DNA of 63,732 bases, counting the filler, from Intoshia linei (taxonomy: Eukaryota; Animalia; Orthonectida): the NCBI GenBank assembly GCA_001642005.1. It is 8 parts of 8 records of this genome, joined end to end, with 100 filler letters (N's around TTAATTAATTAA, not from the genome) between each part and the next. Parts side by side here need not be neighbours in the genome. Positions count along the whole stretch, not along the records: positions 51,297 to 54,402 come from LWCA01002186.1; positions 54,503 to 60,110 come from LWCA01001760.1; positions 60,211 to 62,473 come from LWCA01002354.1; positions 62,574 to 63,732 come from LWCA01002761.1; 4 more parts are not named here. One strand, given 5' to 3'. Of this stretch, positions 51,597 to 63,732 are shown one piece after another. Every line of letters starts with the position of its first letter. Positions within the stretch are counted from its first letter, which is position 1. Position numbers and translations under genes: made by a program. The notes beneath the pieces were generated by a model that worked only from the letters and a program-made list of their open reading frames with translations, was not told the DNA's origin and searched no databases.

Positions 51597-52811
51597 GAGC
51601 CTAAATACAGTAAATTCAAATTGTTTATATACAGACTATTCAAATGGAATTTTCATAAATACAACATTTATATCAGTAATAATAAATACATATCTTATAA
51701 AAGAGTTCACCCTTCTCTAACTCTTGCAATAGACGAAAATGTAAAAGTATCAAAAATATTTTTTGGATCTTACTTTATTACGTTTATTCAAAACAAATGT
51801 GAAACGTATATATCGAAAGATTACGGAGATACATGGAAAAAATTGAAAATTCAAAAATTACCTTGTATTGGAAAAATAAAAGGAAATGGTAAGTGCAATT
51901 TTATGTATGCAAAGAATATATCATTTGAACTTAACGCTAGAAAAACTGTTGACCATGTCACTTATTTTAGTTTTGACTTTGGTGAAACATGGAAAGTTAT
52001 GTTTATACATTCGATTATTGGAATCTTACCAATAAGATTACATGGATTCTGTAATTACGTTGCATATAACAAAAATATAGTATTATTTACTTTTGATGGG
52101 GCGAGAAACTGGATTACATTACAAAAATCGCCAGCTATAGAAAAATTAACTTCCTTCCTATTCATCAACTCTGAAAATGTTAAAATATTTACTGACAAAA
52201 ACATTAAAAAATTAGTATATTACAGTATTCTCAAAAGTAACCAAGTTTTTTATTCACAATTTGGAGAAAATGTTAAACAATGTCAAATACATGTACCAAC
52301 TATTTTCGATTGTAATAACCCTTTTATTCAAGATCAGAAAGAGTCAGTGGTAAATAAAATTTGTTATTATGACCAAAAAGTTTTATCGCGTCATCGAAAT
52401 AGTAAGTGTCAATGCAATACGATAGACTTTCAGTGTCACTTCGATTTTAATAGAAATATAAAAAATAATCTATGTGACCCATTAAATTCTGTGAAAAATC
52501 ACAAAAACAACGTTTGTATCGGTAACAAAATGCAGAAAACATACATACGAGGAATGGAAAAAGTAAATGATCAATTATATTATGATAAATACTGTTTTAT
52601 TAATATTATCGGTGTTATGAAAATTGATGAGCACAATTCCTCTTGTGATTATATAGAAAAATATATTAAATTAAATCAATTCTCAGTCAAGACAAAACCA
52701 AATTATGCTTTAATAATATCTTTCTCAGTCATTTGTGGAATAATTTTAATTTGCAAACTATTACTTTTTTTATATTTTGTAATAGAAGGTCGTATAAAGT
52801 TATTTAAATAA
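51597..52811 (+). CDS. Vps10p-domain (sortilin-like) membrane protein, last large exon or reduced gene
   Basis: Asp-box/BNR repeats YISKDYGDTWK, YFSFDFGETWK, FTFDGARNW; 10CC-like CQCNTIDFQCHFDFNR...C...C; C-terminal TM ALIISFSVICGIILICKLLLFLYFVI. The TTG start is not credible; AG acceptor at 51596-51597 suggests upstream exons. Confidence 0.75.
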   Translation, partial: EPKYSKFKLFIYRLFKWNFHKYNIYISNNKYISYKRVHPSLTLAIDENVKVSKIFFGSYFITFIQNKCETYISKDYGDTWKKLKIQKLPCIGKIKGNGKCNFMYAKNISFELNARKTVDHVTYFSFDFGETWKVMFIHSIIGILPIRLHGFCNYVAYNKNIVLFTFDGARNWITLQKSPAIEKLTSFLFINSENVKIFTDKNIKKLVYYSILKSNQVFYSQFGENVKQCQIHVPTIFDCNNPFIQDQKESVVNKICYYDQKVLSRHRNSKCQCNTIDFQCHFDFNRNIKNNLCDPLNSVKNHKNNVCIGNKMQKTYIRGMEKVNDQLYYDKYCFINIIGVMKIDEHNSSCDYIEKYIKLNQFSVKTKPNYALIISFSVICGIILICKLLLFLYFVIEGRIKLFK

Positions 52812-53241
52812 ATATTATACCCATAATATGGGTCCCATATTCTGTATAAATGAATATAAAACTTTTGAATTATTCAGATATTTATTCTTAACAAGAAAAG
52901 TTTACAAATGTATCTGTTAATGAATTTACAATCCATTTCAACAAATATAAAGATTAACGATTAACATGTCAATAAAAATAATTATGTCAGTGTTAAAAAA
53001 AATTGAAGAGGATTTTGAAGATTGTTTTAAACCATCATGAATCATCTATAGATTCTATAAAATGTTATTTAATTATACATCATATTTAAAATTATAAAAT
53101 AAAAACGAGACGATCAAATTTTAGAGTGGAATTATTCCGCAAAATGAAAAAACAGTTATAAAAATTTAATTTTAGTGCAAATTCTCTTATGACTTTACTG
53201 ATTAAATTATGTGATAGATTACGGATGTGTTATTAATATTA

Positions 53242-53445
53242 CAGTCCGACCCGGTTTGGGGCGAACCTCAACAGCGGGACACTTTTTAAATATTTTATTA
53301 GTTTTATAGTATTATCTACTATTTTCTTATAAATAAGTGTCAAATAAACCTCGTTTTGAGGCGGTTTATTTTTTTACAAAAATTTTAAATGAAAATGGCG
53401 AACGATAAATTAAATTATAACAAAAAATTGGAAATAGCTCAATTA
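53242..53445 (+). mobile_element. Tigger/pogo 5' end interrupted by a Helitron
   Basis: TA|CAGTCCGACCCGGTTT terminus, then ATG at 53395 MANDKLNYNKKLEIAQL (CENP-B/psq-like start), broken at 53446. Confidence 0.5.
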
Positions 53446-54260
53446 TCTTAACTTATATAAAATGCGACGCGATTTTTGTTTGTGTGTGTGTTTAGCATTA
53501 TTTAAATAACTACCCGTCTTAGATTTTTTTAAAGACAACATTTAAATTACAGTTTTTTTCGGGACGTATATTAAAATATATTTCAACTTTCCAATTTCAC
53601 ATCTTACAGTTCAAAAACCCCTGTTGTTCCTCTTTTTGAAAATCAAACGAGTTGGAGAATTTAAAAAAATATATACGCTGATGCGGATTTTAAAATCATG
53701 CACACACATTTTAAACATTATCATACATTTAAATTTAAAAAAATTATATCTTCATGGCCAAAACCCTAAATTCCCTTCTTTTTTTTTGAAAACAGTCCTA
53801 GAATTTCAAAAAATTTCAATCCGAATAAGTGACGACTTCACGGTAAAAAAAGCATTTTAATATTCATATATTTTTTTTCCGAAATATTTTATTAAAACAA
53901 AAAATATGAAACAATTAACAGTCTGAAAATTTAAAAAAAAGATTATTCTGATAGAGCTTATTCCAGTTGATATAAATACAAAATTTCAACCCTAGAAATC
54001 TACGCATTCCCGGTGAAAAATAATTTTTAAAATATTATCAACCAATATTTTTCAAATATTTTGATTAAAATCAAAAATTGAAAATGTAAATATTGATCCT
54101 ACAATTTCAAAAAAAATGTGTATTATACGTCNATTATACGTCTACACATTTCCAATGAAGACATGAGTGAAAATCTATATAATTCATTCCTTCGCAATTT
54201 TTAAATTTTAAATTTTCAAAACATTATTTATAATCTTTAAATTTTGACACTACAGCAACG
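53446..54260 (+). mobile_element. Long Helitron-family copy (5' end intact)
   Basis: A|TCTTAACTTATATAAAATGCGACGCGATTTTTGTTTGTGTGTG..., reverse complement of 950-1194, followed by the shared internal blocks. ORF 53624-53860 is spurious. Confidence 0.8.
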
Positions 54261-54845
54261 AATTTATAAAATTAAATTTTAATTAACTGAAACGTTATTT
54301 TTTTTATTAATAACACTGCCCAACAAAATAACAACTTTTTATGAGGTTCAAAAATAAAATTTAGTGCACCTGGAAGAGATTTTTATTCTGAACAAGATGG
54401 TANNNNNNNNNNNNNNNNNNNNNNNNNNNNNNNNNNNNNNNNNNNNTTAATTAATTAANNNNNNNNNNNNNNNNNNNNNNNNNNNNNNNNNNNNNNNNNN
54501 NNATTTAGAACACTTTTTGCAACTATTTTTGTCAAAATATCGAGAATAACCTGTATATGAATACTAAAATGCTTTTTTGACCGTGAAGTCGTTATTTATT
54601 CGAATTGAAATTTTATATGTGTGTTAACAGGATACAACTGTACCACCTGTAAATTTTATGAAATTCTAGGACTGTTTTCATTAAAAAAAGAAGGGTAATT
54701 TAGGTTTTAACCCTGAAGATAGAATTTTTTTAAATTTAAATTTATGATAGTGTTTATAATTTGTGTGATTATGATGGTGTATTTTATAAATTTTTACAAA
54801 TATGTTTTTTGTCTTGTCAATCCCTGAAAATTAATCTTTAATTAG

Positions 54846-57247
54846 GTATCTGCGGTAATGGCTGATAAAAAAGTGATGGATCTTTTTGAACCAAATCAAC
54901 ATGGTTCTACATATGGCGGAAACCCATTAGGTTGTAGTATTGCAATGGAGGCATTGAAAGTAAAAATATGAATATATACAATGTTAGAAAAATTTTGTTA
55001 AGATTCTCGAAGAAGAAAAATTGGCAGAAAATGCTTATAACATGGGAGAAAAACTGCGTGCTGCTTTAAATAAACAGGTTGGAAGTATTGTCAAGTCCGT
55101 CAGAGGAAAAGGATTATTAAATGCCATTATATTGCAAAAAAGTAATAGATATTTGTTATAAAATTAATGATATAAATTGGAAGATAATTCTATTTTAATG
55201 ATATATTTACTATAGGTTTGTGTAATACACATTGTGTATATTAAGTGTGTGAATTTTATTAGTTTTTTTTGGAAATTTTATGGTGCAGGAACGGATAAAG
55301 TCGCGTATGATAGTTTTATGGCTACAATAAAAAAATAATGATTTTAGAGAATTTTTTGCCAGACTGACCATTTTAAAAATTTCATATATAAAAATTTTCT
55401 ACAAGAACTAAAATATAACTTTATTTATTAGAATGATATGATGGTATATTTTATCTACGTTTTGAGTCGTTTTGCGTTGATCGTCATGTTTGGTTGTTCA
55501 CTTTGCATCTTTAAATTCAATTCTACCTCATTTTTTTTTTTAGTGAAAATTTTTACAATGAAAAATGATAAGAATTTTAAATATAGATAAAATAAAAATG
55601 GTATTTTTATAACGTCTATAAACATTATTGCATTGATAACCGCAATTTGAACGTCGATAAAAATCACAAAAATCGAGCTAGAATCAAATTTTAAAAATTG
55701 AAATGTATAGTTAAACGGGCGCAATATCAAATGATAGTACAGTCTAAATCCTATTTTAACGGAATTCCTATTTAACGGAATTTCAAAATTTTGACAAACC
55801 AAAAATTTCGTCAACTAAAATTTTACTCTTAAAATATGTTTTCTTATTTTATAATAAATTATACGAGGCATATAAATCTAGATGGCATTTTTTATTCAGT
55901 GGAAGCTTGAAATAGAGTTAGTGTTACAACAATAACGAATTGTTTTAGGAATACTAAACTTTTTTCTGTAAACTGTTCAAATGATCTATCTGATGATATT
56001 ACTATTGAAGAAACTGTTTTGAAGGAACAATTAGTCCAATTAAAATCTTACAATTATGACGTTTTGGAATTATCTAAATTAAAAATTGGAGAGCAGAATA
56101 ATTATAATTGTAACGAATTAGAAGAGTTAACAGTAGAAGAAATCAAAGAAGAGCCCAAAATAGATAATATAGTATGTGAAGATATAACATATCCAGAGTT
56201 ATCAGAATATCTAAGTTTAATTAAAAAAATAAAAGTCATGACCTCAAAGATCTCTCCATCGGCTCTAATTGATATTTATACCCTTGAAACAAAATGTCAC
56301 CAGACTATCTCAAATAAAAAAAAGCAAACCAAAATATTCCAATATTTTAAAAAATCTGATAAATTTATAAATAAAAAATATTAAATGTAAATAATTTTTT
56401 AAATTTCAGTAACTAGAATTAACATTTTATAAATTTTATTTTATTGAGCGATATTAAAAAAATCTAAAAATAGCTTCTCTCTACCCCACTTATTTAAATA
56501 ACTATTATAATTCATTATAAACATTCACATGTATTTAATTAGTATTCACAATCTCCAATAAAGAAATATATATTTCTTCATAGCTATATTTAATAATTTT
56601 AATTTGTAAAATAATTTTGTTAAATATGACGTTTCTATAGAAAAACATCGCTAAACATCCTTTTTAGCGGAATTCCTAAATTTTTGAGTTCCAAAAATTT
56701 CGTTAAATAGGACTTAGACTGTAAATCAAATGATCGTAAATCAAAAGATGGGAAAAATATACTAATATTAGAATTTATCGTTGAATTGGATAAAAAAATA
56801 TTTTCTGGTGTGAAAACCATATAATATTTCTAATTTTTTTGTAATATTGTTTGAGGTATACGTTATTTAATATTAATTTAATATTTCAGTTTTAACTTGG
56901 GTCTGTAGATCTACGATTATAAAATACAATCTTTTGATTTACGATCAAAAAACTATGATCATGTGATTTTACGATTATTTGAACGTATACGAGTTAAACG
57001 TTTGCACGTTTGCGTTTTTATGTACATTGCACATATCATTTCATATTTTATTGTATTTTGGCATTAGAGTTTAAATTTTTGTTTAGACATTGATTCATCA
57101 GAATTTTGTTATAAACTCAAAGATAGAGGATTATTAGCAAAGCCAACACATGGAGATAAAATTAGATTGGCTCCACCATTAATTATAAATGAACAGCAAC
57201 TCGATGAAAGCATTTTAATAATTATTGATACAATCAATTCATATTAG
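54846..57247 (+). CDS. OAT: Ornithine aminotransferase, last three exons 54846-54959, 55003-55141, 57087-57247 (5' part missing, gap upstream)
   Basis: [38 protein letters not shown]|[19 protein letters not shown]...[14 protein letters not shown]|[43 protein letters not shown]...SY*. Absent from the ORF track. Confidence 0.95.
55740..56721 (+). mobile_element. Tigger/pogo deletion derivative inside last OAT intron
   Basis: TIR CAGTCTAA(A/G)TCCTATTT(T)AACG with TA TSD; relic [14 protein letters not shown] and ORF 56019-56384 ending [12 protein letters not shown] (PIP-box-like tail typical of pogo transposases). Solo ends of this family at ~16334 and ~47207. Confidence 0.88.
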
Positions 57248-57483
57248 TGCTATTATTAAACTTAACACCACTTAAATTTTGACATCTAGTTAATAAAGGT
57301 ATACATCGTGTGCAATACTTGAATTTTAAAATCAATTCTATTTTGGTGGAACTATAATAATTAAGAATTTATTAATTAATTCTCTTTCACTTAAAATCAA
57401 TTTCATTCAAAATTTAATGAATGGTTTTGAACAAGAATACTATTTACTTATTTATTTATTACAATTCATAAATATTTTTCTTT

Positions 57484-59755
57484 TTAAAAATTAAATATTA
57501 AACTATAAATCAGGATTAAAAGTATGTGTAATGAAGGAAATATATATGCGCTATTAATTTCGTTTGTATCATCTGCATAATTTCTGTCATGTTTAACATT
57601 GTATGCATCTAAAAGTAACATTAAATAAAAATTTTAATACATGATTTGCACACAGAAATATCTACACGGGCGTGTTTTACAAGCTTACCTTAATCACCAA
57701 ACTAATTCGTCCCATGGATGTTTGTTAAATAGGAGAGTTGGTTTGTTAATTATTTAGTAATAAAAAATTACACGGAAATAAAAAAATAACAACCCCTGGT
57801 CGGATTTCCCTAAATATAAAAAGAGTTATAAAAATTTCAACTTTATTTATTTTTTAAATTCTTTCATTATTAGGGCAGAACGGAATCTACCCAGCTCGAT
57901 GCCATACAAAACTGAAAAATGCATACTTTGAGATAACCCTATACACCTTTCTAAGGCTCTTGACTTGGAATTTTTAGTTAACACAAAAAATAGTCATTAA
58001 TATGATCTTCAAAAATATAATTTTTTATTTCTCACTTTGGAAAAATGAGACCACCATTTTACAAAAATTTCACCGAGATCCCGAAGAGGTGTCTCCGAGT
58101 ATGATAAATTTGTCACTGAATGAAAGAGTTGATTAATTGAGACATGGCTGTACTTTATATATTAAATTTGACAGAAATAAATAATTTCAATTATTTTAAA
58201 AAATACCATTAGTAAAAGTAAACATTTGCGTCTTAACATCATTGTGATTGTTGGTGACATTTAAAAATAAACCCAATTCACCAACTGAAAATTTATGGGA
58301 AATGTTGTTTATTGTAATCTCTACTTTGACCATTTCATTAATATCGTTAATCTAAATTTATAAAAATAAAAATAACAGTTATGATACACATACAAAAAAA
58401 TGGATATATCAATAAAATATTACATCAGTTTTAATTTTAACAATGTTGGTTTTATCTTTAGAAATAGTAGTGGTTACATCCCTTTGTTCTTCATTTTGAT
58501 CAGTATCATCCTTTTCAGACTGATTAATATGATCCAACTCTACAATTTCATAGTAAATTTCATCAGGTTTGATGGGTGGATTTGCATGAATGATACAAGA
58601 GAATGTTACATTTTTTTGTTGATAAAACAATAAAATCTTTTTCAAGCAATTAAATTTAGGCTCATCTAAATTCAATATTAATAATATACATTAGTGGTTC
58701 TTAAACGATTTTGTGTAATGCTCACCAAATTTTTTATTAACCCATTCTATAGTAGAACCGAACATATCTAGATTTTAGATCTTCAGGGCCTCAACAAAAT
58801 TTTTGGAATATGTCTACAATTTTTCAAATTGAGCATTACAAAAACTATATATTTTAATTTCCTAACTATTTCGTAGATCAAATATAAACTGTCTAGTCCA
58901 GACCACAGAAAGGTGACTAATGGATTTATGGCATTATGAATCGTTAAAGAAAAATTTAAAAATGTAATTTTAATTTGTAGTCTAGATTCTAGAACATGGT
59001 TGATTTAGGTCTGCCACATTCTATCCCATTTTAACCTCTAGATTTCTAATTTTTTATTATTTAAAATTGTATTTTTTTCAAAAAAAATAAAACTATGGCT
59101 CATTTAATTACTTAAGTCTGGGAAAATTTAATTATAAAAAAAGATCATTAAAAAATTTCAAATACAACCCAGTTTGAAAACCACTGAGTTGAAGGATAGT
59201 TTAATGAAAGTATATATACAATGTATATTATACATATAATGTTATTGTATATATATTTATTGTACTTGTAAAAATTACATGTAACATTGAGTGTAAATTT
59301 TTTTGCTATATATTTGTTTTCTGGAAAATTTTTGACATTTCCACCAGTAGAATATTTATATAAATCAAATGATTGATTAGCCATACAAATCAATTCTAAA
59401 CCATTAAAATTATAATCAAATGTAATTTTTTCATTTTCTTTGGATAAAATGTAGTTATGATATTGAAAAGGAAATTGTCCCAATTCTTCCTTTCTGAGTT
59501 TATATTTAAATGCATCCGTCTTGTCAATGTTATCTATATAAATGGCTAATTTTGGTCGTGGCATTCCACCTTCAACGGAACAAGAAAAAAAGGATTCTTC
59601 ATTTTCTCTTACATTAATTATTGAATTTTCGTGTGGCAAGTATTCCGTTATGTTGTTACTTTTAACTGTTAAATCTTTGAAATTTTCCAAAACTACTAGT
59701 TCATATGTTATTTCTTGTGTAATTGTGGATGTTTGGTTTTGTGATGTAAATTCAG
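57484..59755 (-). CDS. Ig-superfamily cell-surface protein, probably GPI-anchored; exons 59755-59279, 58665-58424, 58351-58207, 57608-57484 (5' part missing)
   Basis: Phase-consistent GT-AG chain: ...VRENEESFFSCSVEGGMPRPKLAIY...FNGLELICMANQ...FTLNVT|YEPKFNC...VTFSCIIHANPP...|...LNVTNNH...|DAYNVK...EINSAYIFPSLHILLILIYSLIFNF*. Confidence 0.75.
58692..59187. mobile_element. hAT MITE in Ig-gene intron
   Basis: TAGTGGTTCTTAAAC ... GTTTGAAAACCACTG. Confidence 0.6.
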
Positions 59756-59789
59756 CTGTAAATTTAAATAAAATTATGAAATTAATTAT

Positions 59790-60110
59790 GATTGTATATT
59801 TTAAATTATGAATTGATTTATTAAAGTGAAATGTGTAGACGTTTAATGCACCTTTTTTTTGAAATTGTAGGATCAATATTTACATTTTCAATTTTTATTT
59901 TTATCGAAATATTTGAAAAATTATTTTTCACCGGTAATGCATAGATTTCTAAGGTTCACATTTTGTATTTACATCAACTGGAATAAGCTCTATCAGAATA
60001 ACCTTTTTTTAATTTTCGAACCGTTATTTATAAATATTTTTTGTTTTAATAAAATTTTTCGGAAAAAAATATATGAATACTAAAATGCTTTTTTGACCGT
60101 GAAGGCGTCA
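59790..60110 (-). mobile_element. Helitron-family internal segment (also 54503-54760, 62330-62473, 63530-63732)
   Basis: Reverse complement of 53830-54200 blocks; several gaps abut this repeat. Confidence 0.7.
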
Positions 60111-60519
60111 NNNNNNNNNNNNNNNNNNNNNNNNNNNNNNNNNNNNNNNNNNNNTTAATTAATTAANNNNNNNNNNNNNNNNNNNNNNNNNNNNNNNNNN
60201 NNNNNNNNNNATAAATATAAAAATAATCTAAAATAAAATATACAGTTAGTTGCATTTGAATTACTTGATTTAAAATGCGAAAATTAATTAAAATGGTTGA
60301 TAATATGAATTAAAAAGTGAGTAACTAACTCAGAGTCTCTATCGAATTTCTCCTTAACTGGAAGTGTAAATAACTTATTATTATCCAGATATAATAAATC
60401 GTTAAGTAGATCAAAAATGAAATACTAAATGTAGTAGATAAAGACATTAATTATATAAGTTTATAAAAATTTTCACAGCGCCCACCTTGGGAAACACTAT
60501 GTTATATTATATATAACAA

Positions 60520-60865
60520 CTATGTTGACTGTTATGTACTACGTACAAACAGCAAGTAGCTCTGCCAAGGGCACATTTTTGTTATACTAAAAAAATAAAT
60601 TCACGTTGAAAATCTAACTTAAAAATCTTACTATTCACTATTATCAATCCTTTAAAGGAGTGGTTCCCAAATTTGTTTCAGGTGGAACCATCATATCACA
60701 TTACTTTTTACTTTAAAGTGAATTATTCCGTCTTAATTTTTTAAAGTAAAAACAGTCCAATCCTAAAAATTGTCATAAATAGCATAAATTCCAGAAAAAA
60801 CAAAATTATAAAAATTTATTTTGTCATTTTCAATGTGATGATATATATTCAGTACCAATTTAATT
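60520..60865 (-). mobile_element. Helitron 3' region
   Basis: CTATGTTGACTGTTATGTAC-TAC-GTACAAACAG hairpin; near-identical to 46339-46860. Confidence 0.7.
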
Positions 60866-63242
60866 TTTTTGTGAATGCGTGTTTAAGTTTTGGTATTTTA
60901 TTGCAATAATTTTTAAAACTAGCAAAACCACTTAAGGGTTAATGAGAAACTAATATTGAGTTTGCCAAATAATATAAAAATGGAACTTATTGCATAGAAA
61001 ACGAATTCATTGTTGAGAATGAAATTTAGTAAGTGTGGACTTTCAAAAAAAATTTTGGCGTCATAAGCTTTTTCTTTAGTAAACGATCCTCTTTCGATTT
61101 CATAATGAATTATGCGAAGGTTACACTAAATATTCTCAAATTCGCCGATGTCGGGAAATCGAAAATTAGAAGCGAATTTGAGAATTTAATTCTAATGATC
61201 GAAATTTTAAGAATATAAAGATATAATTTTTATGCATTTGTTTTAATTTTTATTGTTTTTTTATAAAAAATGCATCTATCCCTTAAATATTAATTTGATT
61301 AATCTAGATTAAAATTATAATACGTTTTTTACCAAAACTTTTTGTTTTAATATATTCTTGAGTATTTTGCCTCTTTTGAGCTCATTGCTTATATTTTTTA
61401 AAACTAATAGTTGATCATTGAGATGTCATTGTAATTAATAATGTCAACAGATTAATTCAATAAAACTAGATTTGTTTTATAATCTCGGCATTTTGCCAAT
61501 ACAAAGATTTAAAATTGAGGGGTTTTATTATGATTATTAATCATTTATTTTCGAAAATACTGTATTTCGTTTTTCTTATTATTTATAATGAAGCTAAAAT
61601 AAATTATTTATTTTTTTTAACATAGCAAGATGACATGTTTGCAAAACTTTTAGTGGTAGTCGATATTTTCCACACATTTATGGAAATTTGTAAGGTAGAG
61701 ATACAATTAATGATATTTAATAGGATTTATATTTAGGTTCTTTGCCAAACCGACATCATTTTAATGGCACTAAGGGTATATTATTTCTCATTGACTGAAT
61801 ATATATTTAAATTTTTTTATATATACTGAATAATAATTATTATAATAGTTAATCATATAATCATCTTAGTCATGGTGATATTTAACAAAATGGATGTGAG
61901 TGTCAGATATTGTGCTAATCATGAAGTGTTAAATTTTCAATTAAAGAAGAAAAGACCGGTTAATCGATTATACTACCTTGGTTAGCTATAATCGAAAATT
62001 TAGCTTAAATTTCTGATTATTTAATATAATTTGGTTAACACTACTATATCTCCCCACAAATTGTTTCATAAGTCAAATTTATTTTTTTTTTGATATTCAA
62101 ATCTGTCTTCATTAGCATGAAATGTCAGTTTAAATCCGTTTCTATTTTCATTGCTAAATTACTTAAATATTTACATTCTTTATATAAAATAGGATGTCGA
62201 TATGTGTTACTGTTTAATTAAAAAATTTACCATCTTAAAATTTAAAAAACCGAGTTTATAATTTAGCTTTTCGAGAGTTATGCAGTATCGCAAATTTTAT
62301 TTAACAGATTTGAGTCGTTTTGGGTTAAAGACCCAATTTCTCTTTCATTTTTTTTGGAAATATATTGGTTGATAATATATTAAAAATTATTTTTCATCGA
62401 GATTGCGTAGATTTCTCGCGTTGAACTTTTGTATTTATATCAACTGGAATAAGCTCTATCAGAATAATCTTTTNNNNNNNNNNNNNNNNNNNNNNNNNNN
62501 NNNNNNNNNNNNNNNNNTTAATTAATTAANNNNNNNNNNNNNNNNNNNNNNNNNNNNNNNNNNNNNNNNNNNNAAACAAGTAGAAAATTTCTTATAGAAA
62601 TTCATATGATAAACTTTATCATAAAGTTTAATAAAATAATAATCTGAACTTTTTATTTATTTACTCGTGCTTAACTTAAGCCTTAGGTCAAGTTTTATTA
62701 TCGTCGAGCAATTCTGTACATTATTGGTGTGTAGAAAATTGTCACAAATTCTATAATTTTTATGAAATATACATTTAATTATAACTATTATTTTATACAT
62801 TTATTAGTAATAAATTATAACGTTATGCTTTTTATTGATTGTTTATCAGTATTTAAAAGCCAAATCACTGAGTAATATTTTCTCATTATAATTTAAAAAT
62901 ATTGTGAAATTACGAGTGGCACGAGATGGAGAGTCGCCACTGTTATATAGGTAGATCACATTTATAAATACATTTGTCAACGAGATAATGATATTAACCT
63001 TTATCCCGTCGCTCACGGTTGCGGTGGTCGCAGATGCTCTTACTTTACATATTACATAATATGTTGTCGAATATATGCAAACTAAGTCACCTACAAAAAA
63101 ATTTTACTCCTAGGAGCTCAGAGTCCGATGTTATCATATAAATATTATAACTATGATTATTGATAACGCCTAACAATTATCATTATTTTATCTTTTATTT
63201 AGCATTCAAATAAAAAGTATGTGATTTGGACTTTTATTGTAG

Positions 63243-63358
63243 GTTCGTTGGTTGCAATAATATCTTTAATGTTATTTCTACGGCGAAGAATTTTGAAAAG
63301 ATATAGTAATGGAAATTTAAAATTATTTTACAATTTGGAAGAATACAATAGGACCTAG
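63243..63358 (+). CDS. Possible terminal exon of an unassigned membrane protein
   Basis: ttgtag|GT TCG...: (G)SLVAIISLMLFLRRRILKRYSNG...YNRT*, i.e. hydrophobic stretch plus basic stop-transfer; upstream exons not chained. Confidence 0.25.
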
Positions 63359-63732
63359 AATGATCCAATATGAATATTCAAAGTTTTATTAATTATATTA
63401 ATATCTACCATTCACTTTGAATTATATATAATACATATTTAAATCATATCTTAGTGTCAATCTGCATCTCTAAATTAATTACATATATTGTACAATGTAC
63501 ATAAACATCAAAAAAATATTTATTTTAATTATTTCACATTTTTTGTTTTAATAAAATATTTCTGAAAAAAATATATGAATATTAAAATGCTTTTTTGACC
63601 GTGAAGTCGTCGCTTATTTGGATTGAAATTTTTTATGTGTATTAACAGGATACAACTGTATCATCTGTAAATTTTTTCAAATTCTAGGGCTGTTTTCATT
63701 AAAAAAAGAAGGATAATTTGTGGTTTTGGCCC

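Noticed and set aside
53624-53860. 78-aa ORF and similar short ORFs in repeats (9020, 9569, 29988, 41205, 46381, 55455)
   Set aside because: Lie within non-coding TE sequence, mostly non-ATG starts, composition reflects AT richness.

Overview
Very AT-rich eukaryotic (animal) scaffold, not prokaryotic. It has GT-AG introns, many only 36-53 nt, dense DNA-transposon relics, and seven 100-nt scaffold gaps carrying an artificial TTAATTAATTAA linker. The style suggests a compact-genome invertebrate parasite such as an orthonectid (Intoshia-like), but that is inference only. By manual exon chaining I support these genes: the C-terminal half of a BACE-like membrane aspartic protease (+, essentially missed by the ORF track), intronless PICALM/AP180 (-), an intronless cadherin fused to a Ser/Thr mucin-like tail (+), a complete 9-exon adenosine kinase (-), DNA polymerase alpha catalytic subunit (-, both ends unresolved), an orphan Cys4 + RS + Asn-rich repeat protein (+), a reduced Vps10p/sortilin-like protein (+), the 3' three exons of ornithine aminotransferase (+), and the 3' exons of a probably GPI-anchored Ig-superfamily protein (-). 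Intergenic DNA and long introns are dominated by a non-autonomous Helitron family plus hAT, Tigger/pogo, piggyBac and Chapaev3-like relics, often nested. No CRISPR, rRNA or tRNA was recognised. The most novel-looking objects are the anchorless cadherin-mucin chimera and the Cys4/NPN-repeat orphan. I see no clear evidence of a new multi-gene system.
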